Made by a program: the position numbers and the translations under genes. From a virus (Duplodnaviria > Caudoviricetes), in the IMG/VR virus record IMGVR_UViG_3300009705_000019, positions 1 through 54,282 of that record: a stretch of DNA of 54,282 nucleotides, one strand, 5' to 3'. The notes under the pieces were generated by a model. The model had not been told where the DNA came from, ran no database searches, and was given only the letters and a program-made list of their open reading frames with translations. Of this stretch, positions 29,052-37,025 are shown piece by piece; the stretch's first letter is position 1; every line of letters begins with the position of its first letter.

Positions 29052-30292
29052 GCAGATTCCTCAGTCGGCAGTTCGTGGGTATCATCTGGATGCTCAAAAG
29101 AACCATCTCTAATGCCCTTGTAGCCAAACCATTGACCATCTGTGCCTACTTCTTGTTGGAATAGTATAACTGGCTCAGGGAGGCGCAGGGAGGTTCGATT
29201 GAATTTCAATTGAGCCTTCGAGATTGTTTTGCCGGTGAGTTCACCGATCTCATTTCGTTCAAAATCTAAAGACACCTCGATGAGTTGTTCTAAATCACGC
29301 TCGGTGTCCTTCATCCATGCAGCAATCTCAGCACCCATGATTTCGTTTCCGCTTGAATCAAAAGAGGGCTTAACGCCAGTAATAGCATAGACGTGAACAT
29401 TAAGTCGGCTGAGTTCTTGGAAGGTGTTCATAGCCGCTTGGTATCGGTTCTTTCGGAATTCCCAATTGAAACGGCCAACTTTAGTGGCGGTCTTTCGACC
29501 AGATACTTCAACTGCATCATCTCCGAGTTCTAAATCCTCAATCTTCATAGCAGTTCCGCAGATATGAAGCCAATGATCCATCCCATCAAAAATGAAGGTC
29601 TTTAGATATGGATTTGGCATCTTGCCATGAACCTTGAAGTATTCATCCTGTGATTCAGCAACTTCGAGAGCATACAACAAATCATCCATTGTCTTGTTAA
29701 ATGTTTCAGGATAATTGAAAGGCACACGACTTTTGGATTTTTTGTTGGTAATCCAGGGGTTGAGAACAACGATGTTTTCTTGCTTGTCTAAGTGATGTGC
29801 AGATACGGTGGAGTCACCGCCAGCATCAAAATCCTCAATGAAAATCATTGCGCCATTGGCAATCTCTTCATCAGTCAAGGAATCAATAAGCATTCCCGAT
29901 TTACCGGCCTTTCGACCACCGACAACGCCACAAAGAACTTTTTTCTCTCTTCGCACGTGTGTTGATCGTGCGGCAGCAATCCTCTTCCATGCAGGGTTGG
30001 CTGATTGAGGCAAAGTCCAGTTCCCAGTTGATGTTGATGTTGCCAAAGCGACAGCATCCTCTTCAATAGGTAAAGGTGCATCATCAACAAGTGCTTCGAG
30101 GGGGAAATCATTACCAAATCCAGAATCCATTCCAGATTGCCTCTCTTCAACGGAGGGGAGGGTTTGAGTCACCACAGGTGCTTGAACCACTTCTGCGGTT
30201 GAAGGCAGGTCTGTTTCGACCTTCTCTTGCTGAGAAGGTTCTTTGGTTGTATCAACTGGCTTCCAGTTATCCAAGAATCCTGTCCCTGACAT
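29048..30292 (-). CDS. RecA-fold (Sak4/RadA-like) P-loop ATPase with acidic N-terminal extension
   Basis: GGRKAGKS Walker A, IEDFDAG, FIFDGMD Walker B. Start ATG 30292 (TGATG overlap). Confidence 0.7.
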   Translation of the reverse strand: MSGTGFLDNWKPVDTTKEPSQQEKVETDLPSTAEVVQAPVVTQTLPSVEERQSGMDSGFGNDFPLEALVDDAPLPIEEDAVALATSTSTGNWTLPQSANPAWKRIAAARSTHVRREKKVLCGVVGGRKAGKSGMLIDSLTDEEIANGAMIFIEDFDAGGDSTVSAHHLDKQENIVVLNPWITNKKSKSRVPFNYPETFNKTMDDLLYALEVAESQDEYFKVHGKMPNPYLKTFIFDGMDHWLHICGTAMKIEDLELGDDAVEVSGRKTATKVGRFNWEFRKNRYQAAMNTFQELSRLNVHVYAITGVKPSFDSSGNEIMGAEIAAWMKDTERDLEQLIEVSLDFERNEIGELTGKTISKAQLKFNRTSLRLPEPVILFQQEVGTDGQWFGYKGIRDGSFEHPDDTHELPTEESA

Positions 30293-31608
30293 CAAAAGCC
30301 CTCCGTATGAGAGAGGTCGTTTGCATCGGCTGGTGCTTCTTTCGCAACAATAGAGCGCAAAGGCATTGCATACAAGCCCTTCGCATCCAGATTGATATTG
30401 ACTGAGCCATCTGTGCCTTGCCATGTTCGAGAGCGAACAATAACCCATACACGGCTACCACTTGCATAATCTCGCCATACATTTGCCTTCTTAACTTGGA
30501 ATGCGTGTTGCTTCTCAATGAGGTAGCGTGAAACATCAATCCATAGGCTGGCGTTGGCATCTTCACGTCTTAGGCTATTTGAGGTAAGAGTAAGTGAATG
30601 CTTGAATCCGCCATCGGTGTAAAGATTCTCTTTACCGGCATGGTCGATATAATCAGCCGTTCCACTAATCGCAAAGAGAGGTCCAAAATCCTTACCAGAT
30701 GAAAGAACCTTGCGGTTTGCCATATGGTGGTCAAAGACTTCGGCCAAATCAACACATGGCATGAAATTAGCAACAAATTGGTCTGGGGAGAACAAAGATT
30801 CAAGTTTAGGGCGAGTCTCTTCATCAGCCCATTCGAGGCCATAGGTCGCATCAATATCTAATGCAACCAATTGATCTTCGTCTGGTTCATCCGATCCCGT
30901 TGGTTTCCATGCGGTTTCTTTTACCGCTTTGAAAGAGATTGGGCGTAGTATTTCCAATTCAACCTCAGCAGCACCAAAGGAACATTCGAGAATCATTGGT
31001 GGTAAAGCCCCTTCACTTAGGAACTTCTCTTGAGTATTGCCGATGAAAAGCCACTTGCGCTTGGTCATGAATGCTCGCTTTGGTGAACGATTGTCAGCCT
31101 TGAGCAAACAGATGTGAGCAGCACCGTTATTGATTGCGATAACCCAAAGTGGGGTTTTATCGCCAGTCACGGATTCTTTGTAAAGCAAAGAGTCGTCTGC
31201 ACCTTTAACAATCCAATCATCGTTTTCTTTGACAACACGGCCAAGAGCAACGGTTTTATCATTTTGTCGAATCCCATATCTAAGGGCTTGACCCAGATTG
31301 ACTTCTGCCGCTTCAATGGCTGTGTCACGTTGGCGTTGCATCATATCACGTGTGCCGTCATAAGCCACTATCATACCGACCCATGTATCGCCTTTACCGC
31401 CACCTGAACCCTTTCTTCTTACGGTGTTCACTTCAAATGCTGATGAAAAGAAATCCATGTCTTCCGCATCGAGATTAGCGAGAACCTTCCCCGCCTGAGT
31501 CCATATTTCAGGGTAATTCTCCATTACGAATTCGGAAAACGCTTTGAGCGTTTCTTCTTCGGTCCATCCTTTGTTCTTGGCTATTCGGTTTAATCCTTCA
31601 TTCATCAT
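30292..31608 (-). CDS. Putative ssDNA-binding (RPA/OB-fold-like) protein
   Basis: Beta-rich C-terminal half with an OB-like pattern (VWVIVRSRTWQG...NINLDAKGLY), acidic/aromatic C-terminus, adjacent to the recombinase-like ATPase. Confidence 0.5.
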   Translation of the reverse strand: MMNEGLNRIAKNKGWTEEETLKAFSEFVMENYPEIWTQAGKVLANLDAEDMDFFSSAFEVNTVRRKGSGGGKGDTWVGMIVAYDGTRDMMQRQRDTAIEAAEVNLGQALRYGIRQNDKTVALGRVVKENDDWIVKGADDSLLYKESVTGDKTPLWVIAINNGAAHICLLKADNRSPKRAFMTKRKWLFIGNTQEKFLSEGALPPMILECSFGAAEVELEILRPISFKAVKETAWKPTGSDEPDEDQLVALDIDATYGLEWADEETRPKLESLFSPDQFVANFMPCVDLAEVFDHHMANRKVLSSGKDFGPLFAISGTADYIDHAGKENLYTDGGFKHSLTLTSNSLRREDANASLWIDVSRYLIEKQHAFQVKKANVWRDYASGSRVWVIVRSRTWQGTDGSVNINLDAKGLYAMPLRSIVAKEAPADANDLSHTEGF

Positions 31609-31614
31609 CGTCTT

Positions 31615-32109
31615 TCACTTCCGTTGGGATTTATGCGAAGGTGGTAGGGTTATTAAAGACTCACTACATTCTTCGATTTGAGCAAGGGCTTCTAATACCT
31701 CTTCATAATCAAGGGGCTGAGGTAATACTCCATTAAGAGAAGCCACTAATTTTAGTTCATTTGAGTCGGGGCTAAGATTGAAAAAAGAGGACAGGGAATA
31801 ACATATTTTAGTTATGTCCTCAGTCTTAACAAAGGTTTTCTTCCATGTTAAACCGATGCCTCCCAATGTTGTTTCCACTTCATTTATTCTTTTAGAAAAC
31901 CAAACAATGGGTCTAATCTCATAACCGCATTTGAATTTGGTTGAAAGGCGACAGCGTATGCTGCCTCGAATTAACAACGCCGACATTAAAGTATTCATCA
32001 AATCAGTTTGTGATAAAGCCATGTTATCGGATAAAGAATCAGTATCACCAATAGAAGTGCGAGGCTGATTGTTGAGATCGTGAACATCACCAGCGTTAAT
32101 CTCAACCAT
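31615..32109 (-). CDS. Hypothetical protein with weak LAGLIDADG-like fold
   Basis: GSIRC...GYEIRPIVWF resembles LAGLIDADG beta strands; no catalytic acidic residue. Confidence 0.35.
   Translation of the reverse strand: MVEINAGDVHDLNNQPRTSIGDTDSLSDNMALSQTDLMNTLMSALLIRGSIRCRLSTKFKCGYEIRPIVWFSKRINEVETTLGGIGLTWKKTFVKTEDITKICYSLSSFFNLSPDSNELKLVASLNGVLPQPLDYEEVLEALAQIEECSESLITLPPSHKSQRK
31651..31669 (-). promoter_or_regulatory. Conserved viral promoter-like motif ATGTAGTGAGTCTTTAATA upstream of the RPA-like gene
   Basis: Matches 22421-22440 and contains TATA-like TTTAATA. Confidence 0.55.
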
Positions 32110-32160
32110 CCCTGTATTCCCTCCTTCTTAACCGCCCAATTTGTCAGGTTCAACCACAAA

Positions 32161-33603
32161 TCAGTTAGCATCTCCATATTCTTCATCCCATCTTTTTGTT
32201 AGTGCTTCGATTTCGTCAATACCTACACAGTCATTAAGACCCGCACTACTGGCGACACTTTCAATTACGCCTTGAATGTAAGCCCCATAATCGCCCCATC
32301 CAGACGATATAACCTTGACATTTACAAAGACGGGGCTTTTCATTGATACTTCTTCGCCCTCAACAATTTTATGAGGATTGGTAAAACGCATTAAAGATAA
32401 ATTCGGAACAATATCAACTAAACCTACGGGGTAATGAGAATCTCCATCTCGAACAGCGATTCGCCATTTTGAAAGAACTGGCCTGGATTGAGGGTTCTCT
32501 TTTACATATAGCCCACCGATAACCATGAATACAGATTTATGCACCTGATGAATGTTCATCAACACAGTTTCATATACTGAACTTTCATGAGTAAGGATCC
32601 CATTTGCATTCCATAGGATAACTGGTTGTTTTGTTCCTACGTGTTCCAAGTAGTAGGCAGCATCCTCAATTTCAACCATTGGTTTTAACGCCCAATCCTT
32701 ACAACCAATCATCTTACGCCTCTTTTCAAATGGCATCGTTTCTATTGATGGTGTTAATAAATCAACAATCATCATTTCAATATCCCTGCCACTTGCATAT
32801 TCAACAAGATAGATGCCTCCTTTTATCCCTGCTGATTCAATCATCTGTAAAGTTGAATCTTCAATGTCGAGAAGTGTTCCAGTTGTATTGTATATCCTCA
32901 CATCATCTTTGAGAATATGGAGAGTCATTCGTTCACCTTCTGGAATCTCTAAAAGGGTTTTTCCAAAAGGAACATCACGGATGTTGCAGATTGAAGGAGA
33001 GGGTATTATCATAGGCATTCCAATTGCAGGTTTGAGAACATCATGAATACTTTCTTGTCTTGATAATCGATCACAGGTTTTTTCCAACCCAATAAGGAAT
33101 GAGGCTTTTCGCACGTGACGCATGAGTTCCCCGTTGGCATGAGCAAGTGCTTTTGTCACATCATAACGATTGATTGGACCTTGACGATTGCTTAATCGAA
33201 GGAAAAAGCACATGAGGTCTTGAGAAGTTATCCGTGAAAACAAAGGCCGCAACAGGGCGGAACGCTGTATATTATCCTCACAGGATTCAAGAACGCTTTT
33301 GGTGACTTCAAATGCTCGATCAACAATCGCAACCGTTTTATTTGCTCTTGATAAATCAGCCAGCATGGTAATTGGATTAGGATTTTCCGATACTTCTTCT
33401 GGATAAAGATCGGTCAATAGAAAATAAATCTCCCTCAAATCCTCATCGGAGAGTCTATGCTTTGAGGATGGGGCGTGGCACAGGTATGCAATTTTCCATT
33501 GATTCAAAGGACACGCCAGAAGGAGATTCTTGATGATTTTTGATTTGTCACGTGGTAATACTTTACATACTCTCGAAGATTCAGCGATTTGCCGATAGTT
33601 CAA
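32161..33603 (-). CDS. ATP-dependent DNA ligase homologue lacking the catalytic lysine
   Basis: Ligase-like architecture (helical N-domain, G.P..P, adenylation domain, OB domain), but motif I reads LEIPEGERMTLH instead of ExKxDGxR. Confidence 0.6.
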   Translation of the reverse strand: MNYRQIAESSRVCKVLPRDKSKIIKNLLLACPLNQWKIAYLCHAPSSKHRLSDEDLREIYFLLTDLYPEEVSENPNPITMLADLSRANKTVAIVDRAFEVTKSVLESCEDNIQRSALLRPLFSRITSQDLMCFFLRLSNRQGPINRYDVTKALAHANGELMRHVRKASFLIGLEKTCDRLSRQESIHDVLKPAIGMPMIIPSPSICNIRDVPFGKTLLEIPEGERMTLHILKDDVRIYNTTGTLLDIEDSTLQMIESAGIKGGIYLVEYASGRDIEMMIVDLLTPSIETMPFEKRRKMIGCKDWALKPMVEIEDAAYYLEHVGTKQPVILWNANGILTHESSVYETVLMNIHQVHKSVFMVIGGLYVKENPQSRPVLSKWRIAVRDGDSHYPVGLVDIVPNLSLMRFTNPHKIVEGEEVSMKSPVFVNVKVISSGWGDYGAYIQGVIESVASSAGLNDCVGIDEIEALTKRWDEEYGDAN

Positions 33604-33609
33604 AAACCA

Positions 33610-33975
33610 TCACCTATCCAAAAAGTCTTGGAAGGATTCTTCGTCAGGTATAATTTCTAAAACAATCTCTTTAGCCCAATCTTGCTCAATCCAATGAACA
33701 CTATCTCTTCTCCGATCTTGATTGAATGGTTTGGTTCTTCGAGCAATGACACGCAACGCTGCATCCCTCACATCTTTGCTGGAACGCCGATTGCCCGTCA
33801 TGTGTGCTACCAAATAAACGCAATCGACAATCAATGATTTCGGAACTCTTGCCGCTTTCAAGCGAGTCTTATTCCAAATATCATATACAAGAGGAATAAT
33901 CCCTTCTGGCAAATCTAATTGCCAAACCATTTGAGAAATAATCTCCTTATGGTGTTCTTGCCAACGCTCAATCAT
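33610..33975 (-). CDS. TFB/TFIIB-like protein with a single cyclin repeat
   Basis: ISQMVWQLDLPEGI...ARVPKSLIVDCVYLVAH..GNRRSSKDV matches the TFIIB repeat pattern. Confidence 0.65.
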   Translation of the reverse strand: MIERWQEHHKEIISQMVWQLDLPEGIIPLVYDIWNKTRLKAARVPKSLIVDCVYLVAHMTGNRRSSKDVRDAALRVIARRTKPFNQDRRRDSVHWIEQDWAKEIVLEIIPDEESFQDFLDR

Positions 33976-34264
33976 CTTCTATCGCCACCATTTCATCAGG
34001 TTCATCTTCCCATGCTTCATCATCATGAATGACTTCAACCAACTTATCGAGTAATGAACGTGCTTCTTCTCTTGAGAGCATAAATCCTTGTTTAGTATAG
34101 CCAGTATATCCTCGTATGGAGGGAATGACTCTATTCAATCTCAAATTTAATACTCTTGCATTGTAGGCTTCACTTGTCATAACGTGGAGTTCAAAACCAG
34201 GAGTAAAGGATGCTGGAATCACACCAAACACTCTCGATTTGAAGTCATTATCCTCAGCCATCAT
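33968..34264 (-). CDS. PC4/p15-like ssDNA-binding protein
   Basis: ELHV..SE.YN.RVLNLR...YTKQGFMLSREE pattern and acidic tail. Confidence 0.6.
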   Translation of the reverse strand: MMAEDNDFKSRVFGVIPASFTPGFELHVMTSEAYNARVLNLRLNRVIPSIRGYTGYTKQGFMLSREEARSLLDKLVEVIHDDEAWEDEPDEMVAIEDD

Positions 34265-34785
34265 TCTTCCTCTTCTTGAATCTTGGTTTGATTGATCACA
34301 TACCCTCTATCATCGACAACAATGTGAACTGATTTCAAAAGTGGTTCAACTGCCTGTTCATTGCCACAGCAAGGACAGGTCAAAGAATCTTGAATCCTGA
34401 CATATTGTTGCGCTGGACTTAGGGCTTCAACACGGAAAACCGCACCACATCGATCAGCGCACATTGACACCATGCCGATAAGATCATCAGGGATATTGAT
34501 TTCCCCTTCGTTGTCTGTTGCCAACAACACTTCTTCTTTAATATCCCATCCTATGTTGTCTGCGAGAGCCATAATCCAATGGTGGTTATCAAACACAGAA
34601 GGCTCTAAATTGGTATCATGAGGTTTTGAAAAGTGTATCTCACGGAGAGTTAATTCCTTTACGCCAGTTCGGATATACGCCCCAACATTAGGTAAAACCC
34701 ATCGACCATTTTCAACAGACAATGAGTTCCAAAGGTAATACGCCCATTCAATATCCTTCTGGTCGGGTGACGGCATCTCAGGCAT
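34261..34785 (-). CDS. Hypothetical protein with C-terminal Zn-ribbon
   Basis: Start ATG 34785; CADRC...CPCC. Confidence 0.65.
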   Translation of the reverse strand: MPEMPSPDQKDIEWAYYLWNSLSVENGRWVLPNVGAYIRTGVKELTLREIHFSKPHDTNLEPSVFDNHHWIMALADNIGWDIKEEVLLATDNEGEINIPDDLIGMVSMCADRCGAVFRVEALSPAQQYVRIQDSLTCPCCGNEQAVEPLLKSVHIVVDDRGYVINQTKIQEEEE

Positions 34786-34918
34786 TGAACACCCACCTCC
34801 TACACTGGGAACATTGTTTGGCTTGCTTACGCTTCTCGGATAAAGCATCGAATCTCTCTCCGACCTCTTTCATATTGTCATTGCCACAATCGGGGCATTT
34901 TGATTTTAATTCAGTCAT
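34778..34918 (-). CDS. 46-aa Zn-ribbon microprotein (not in ORF track)
   Basis: Own translation: MTELKSKCPDCGNDNMKEVGERFDALSEKRKQAKQCSQCRRWVFNA. Confidence 0.7.
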   Translation of the reverse strand: MTELKSKCPDCGNDNMKEVGERFDALSEKRKQAKQCSQCRRWVFNA

Positions 34919-34919
34919 G

Positions 34920-35063
34920 TTATTCTTCCTCTCCATGTTTGCAGTTTTCATCATGAACGTGAAGGCATTTCTTGTGTTTTATCCATCCAAAACAGAATCT
35001 AAAGCCAGATATTGTAGGGCTATTACATCCCCTTCGAGCGCACGTTCTCCCAAATAAACGCAT
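34920..35063 (-). CDS. 47-aa Cys/His-rich microprotein (not in ORF track)
   Basis: Own translation: MRLFGRTCARRGCNSPTISGFRFCFGWIKHKKCLHVHDENCKHGEEE; TAATG overlap. Confidence 0.65.
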   Translation of the reverse strand: MRLFGRTCARRGCNSPTISGFRFCFGWIKHKKCLHVHDENCKHGEEE

Positions 35064-35380
35064 TATTCCTCTTCCTCCTGAGTATTTCGGATATTAGTTG
35101 AAAAGAACCTCATGCCTGATTGATCGGTGTGAACCTTATGCCAACGCCAATCCCTCATGTTGTTGTTTTGTCTAAATGATAATTCCTCAACCATGTATTC
35201 CTCAGCATCTTTGAGAAGGGGTTTTTCATCAAATGAACTATGAATGCCAAACAACACCTCTCTCCAACCTGCATGATTGGAGGGCGAAATTACAATGTTT
35301 GGTTGTTCATTTACCAGTATGAACATAGAATCTTCTATGTCGGATTTATCAGTTAAGAGTATTTCGAATTTTGCTTGCAT
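35063..35380 (-). CDS. Hypothetical protein
   Basis: 105-aa coupled ORF. Confidence 0.6.
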   Translation of the reverse strand: MQAKFEILLTDKSDIEDSMFILVNEQPNIVISPSNHAGWREVLFGIHSSFDEKPLLKDAEEYMVEELSFRQNNNMRDWRWHKVHTDQSGMRFFSTNIRNTQEEEE

Positions 35381-35616
35381 TTCTGTTCCTCCTGTTCTTT
35401 CAAATCCTTTACTTTCAATATCCTGGTGTCAATTTCATTCAAAGCATCAAACCTTTCAACGCCTGTCATATCATCATATCTGGATGTGCCAAGAAGCATC
35501 CCTCGATCAGCAAACAATTCAACTAAAATCTCATCATATGCTTTAATGAATGATTCATGCTCTTGTTTGACCTTGAGCCTATGTTCTAAATCGGGGGTCT
35601 TTGGGAAAGGCCACAT
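35353..35616 (-). CDS. Hypothetical protein
   Basis: Start ATG 35616 with TTTAAT ~25 nt upstream (possibly leaderless). Confidence 0.55.
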   Translation of the reverse strand: MWPFPKTPDLEHRLKVKQEHESFIKAYDEILVELFADRGMLLGTSRYDDMTGVERFDALNEIDTRILKVKDLKEQEEQKCKQNSKYS

Positions 35617-35655
35617 TAGACAAACCAAAGGGGTTTGGCAATTAAAGCCTCACAC

Positions 35656-35919
35656 CTACTTCATCATATCTTCGGTAGTTATTGCGAAGCGATGATAGGC
35701 GATATGCCAGCGTTGATATGAAACCCAACGTGCAAGTAAATTGATTCTGTTTTTTGGGTATTTACTCCCACAATAGGGGCAATAACGGTAGCCTTCGAGA
35801 ACCCAAGCGATATTGACTTCGTGACCGCACTTCCACAGCCTTGATATTTTCGCTGAGGGTTTTCTTGGTCTTTCTTCTGGAATCTCAAGAACGGGTATTG
35901 CTGCTTGAGATACAACCAT
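35656..35919 (-). CDS. Small Zn-ribbon protein
   Basis: KCGH...CPYCG. Confidence 0.65.
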   Translation of the reverse strand: MVVSQAAIPVLEIPEERPRKPSAKISRLWKCGHEVNIAWVLEGYRYCPYCGSKYPKNRINLLARWVSYQRWHIAYHRFAITTEDMMK

Positions 35920-35923
35920 AATT

Positions 35924-36559
35924 TCACTCCCAGTTCTCAGTCAATTTGAAACCAGTTGAATTATCGTCAAATTCGATGATGGCTTCACCTTTTAGATGAT
36001 TAGTCCGTAGTTTCTTATCTATTTCCTCATCTTTTTTAGACCACTCACACGCTTCGCATTTTTCCTCTTTCGGCTTTCCTCTCCCGTTGTTCATTCGAGG
36101 ATGGCCGCACCAATTACAATCCGTTGTTAAATCGCAATCAGCAAAGAAATAGGTTGGAGTTATGTCAAATGTTTCATCATCTGTTCTTAACATGAAATGC
36201 TTTTTCCAATCAATAGCCGACCATAAGATCGGCGTTGCCTCCCACCCTTGACGCTCGAATAACTTAAAGAAAATAGCGCAAGAGGGGTGTGTGGGATCTA
36301 ATATGTCAAAATTAGCCGATACATCATCCTTTGCGATCCAACCTCTAAAGCCGTTTGAATCAATGAAAGCGATGGCTCGTTCTTCATCGAGAGCGTAGTG
36401 TGGCAAATCCAGGTAGGGAATGAATGCTACTACATCGCCCTTCTCAGGTCGTGCCTCATAAGAGCCTACAAATCGGCGGCTTTCCTTGCATACCATGAAT
36501 GACACCATAATGGGTGTAAGTGGTGCTAAGGGGAATTCAACCAGTGGGGCGTGAGTCAT
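35924..36559 (-). CDS. Hypothetical protein with Zn-ribbon
   Basis: CNWC...CEAC; ATGA-coupled. Confidence 0.65.
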   Translation of the reverse strand: MTHAPLVEFPLAPLTPIMVSFMVCKESRRFVGSYEARPEKGDVVAFIPYLDLPHYALDEERAIAFIDSNGFRGWIAKDDVSANFDILDPTHPSCAIFFKLFERQGWEATPILWSAIDWKKHFMLRTDDETFDITPTYFFADCDLTTDCNWCGHPRMNNGRGKPKEEKCEACEWSKKDEEIDKKLRTNHLKGEAIIEFDDNSTGFKLTENWE

Positions 36560-36729
36560 TCGGCCACATCCTTTAGAATACCTTTGCTCATCAATTCATC
36601 CTGAATGACACCACGAAGGATTTCAATAACAGCATCACGGTTCACGACAATGACACCATCTATGTCTTCATCACATTCGGCCAATACGCCGATGATGTTT
36701 GTTAATGCACTTATCATTGAATCGCTCAT
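36556..36729 (-). CDS. Small hypothetical protein
   Basis: GAGGTG RBS before ATG 36729. Confidence 0.55.
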   Translation of the reverse strand: MSDSMISALTNIIGVLAECDEDIDGVIVVNRDAVIEILRGVIQDELMSKGILKDVAE

Positions 36730-36730
36730 T

Positions 36731-37024
36731 CTAAGCACCTCGCATCGGCGTTGTTTCAACTACCTGTTTAGCGGGTCCAGTTAGAATCAATAGTTCTTTT
36801 CCTTCATCATCAAATGAGATTTCCCATCGAGATGTATTAGTGAACTCTTGGTTGCCTTCTTGATTCTCAAACCATCGTCTGGCGGGGATCATTCGCATCC
36901 ATGAAGGCGGTTTGCCATATACGTCATGAACCATAGTCCAGACTTTGTTGGCGGCACTTCTTGACTTAGGTTTCTTTTCATAGACGGTGGTTTTTGGACC
37001 ACTATTTTGTTTGGCTCGCCTCAC
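36731..37024 (-). CDS. Hypothetical protein
   Basis: 97-aa ORF packed between neighbouring genes. Confidence 0.55.
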   Translation of the reverse strand: MRRAKQNSGPKTTVYEKKPKSRSAANKVWTMVHDVYGKPPSWMRMIPARRWFENQEGNQEFTNTSRWEISFDDEGKELLILTGPAKQVVETTPMRGA

Positions 37025-37025
37025 T

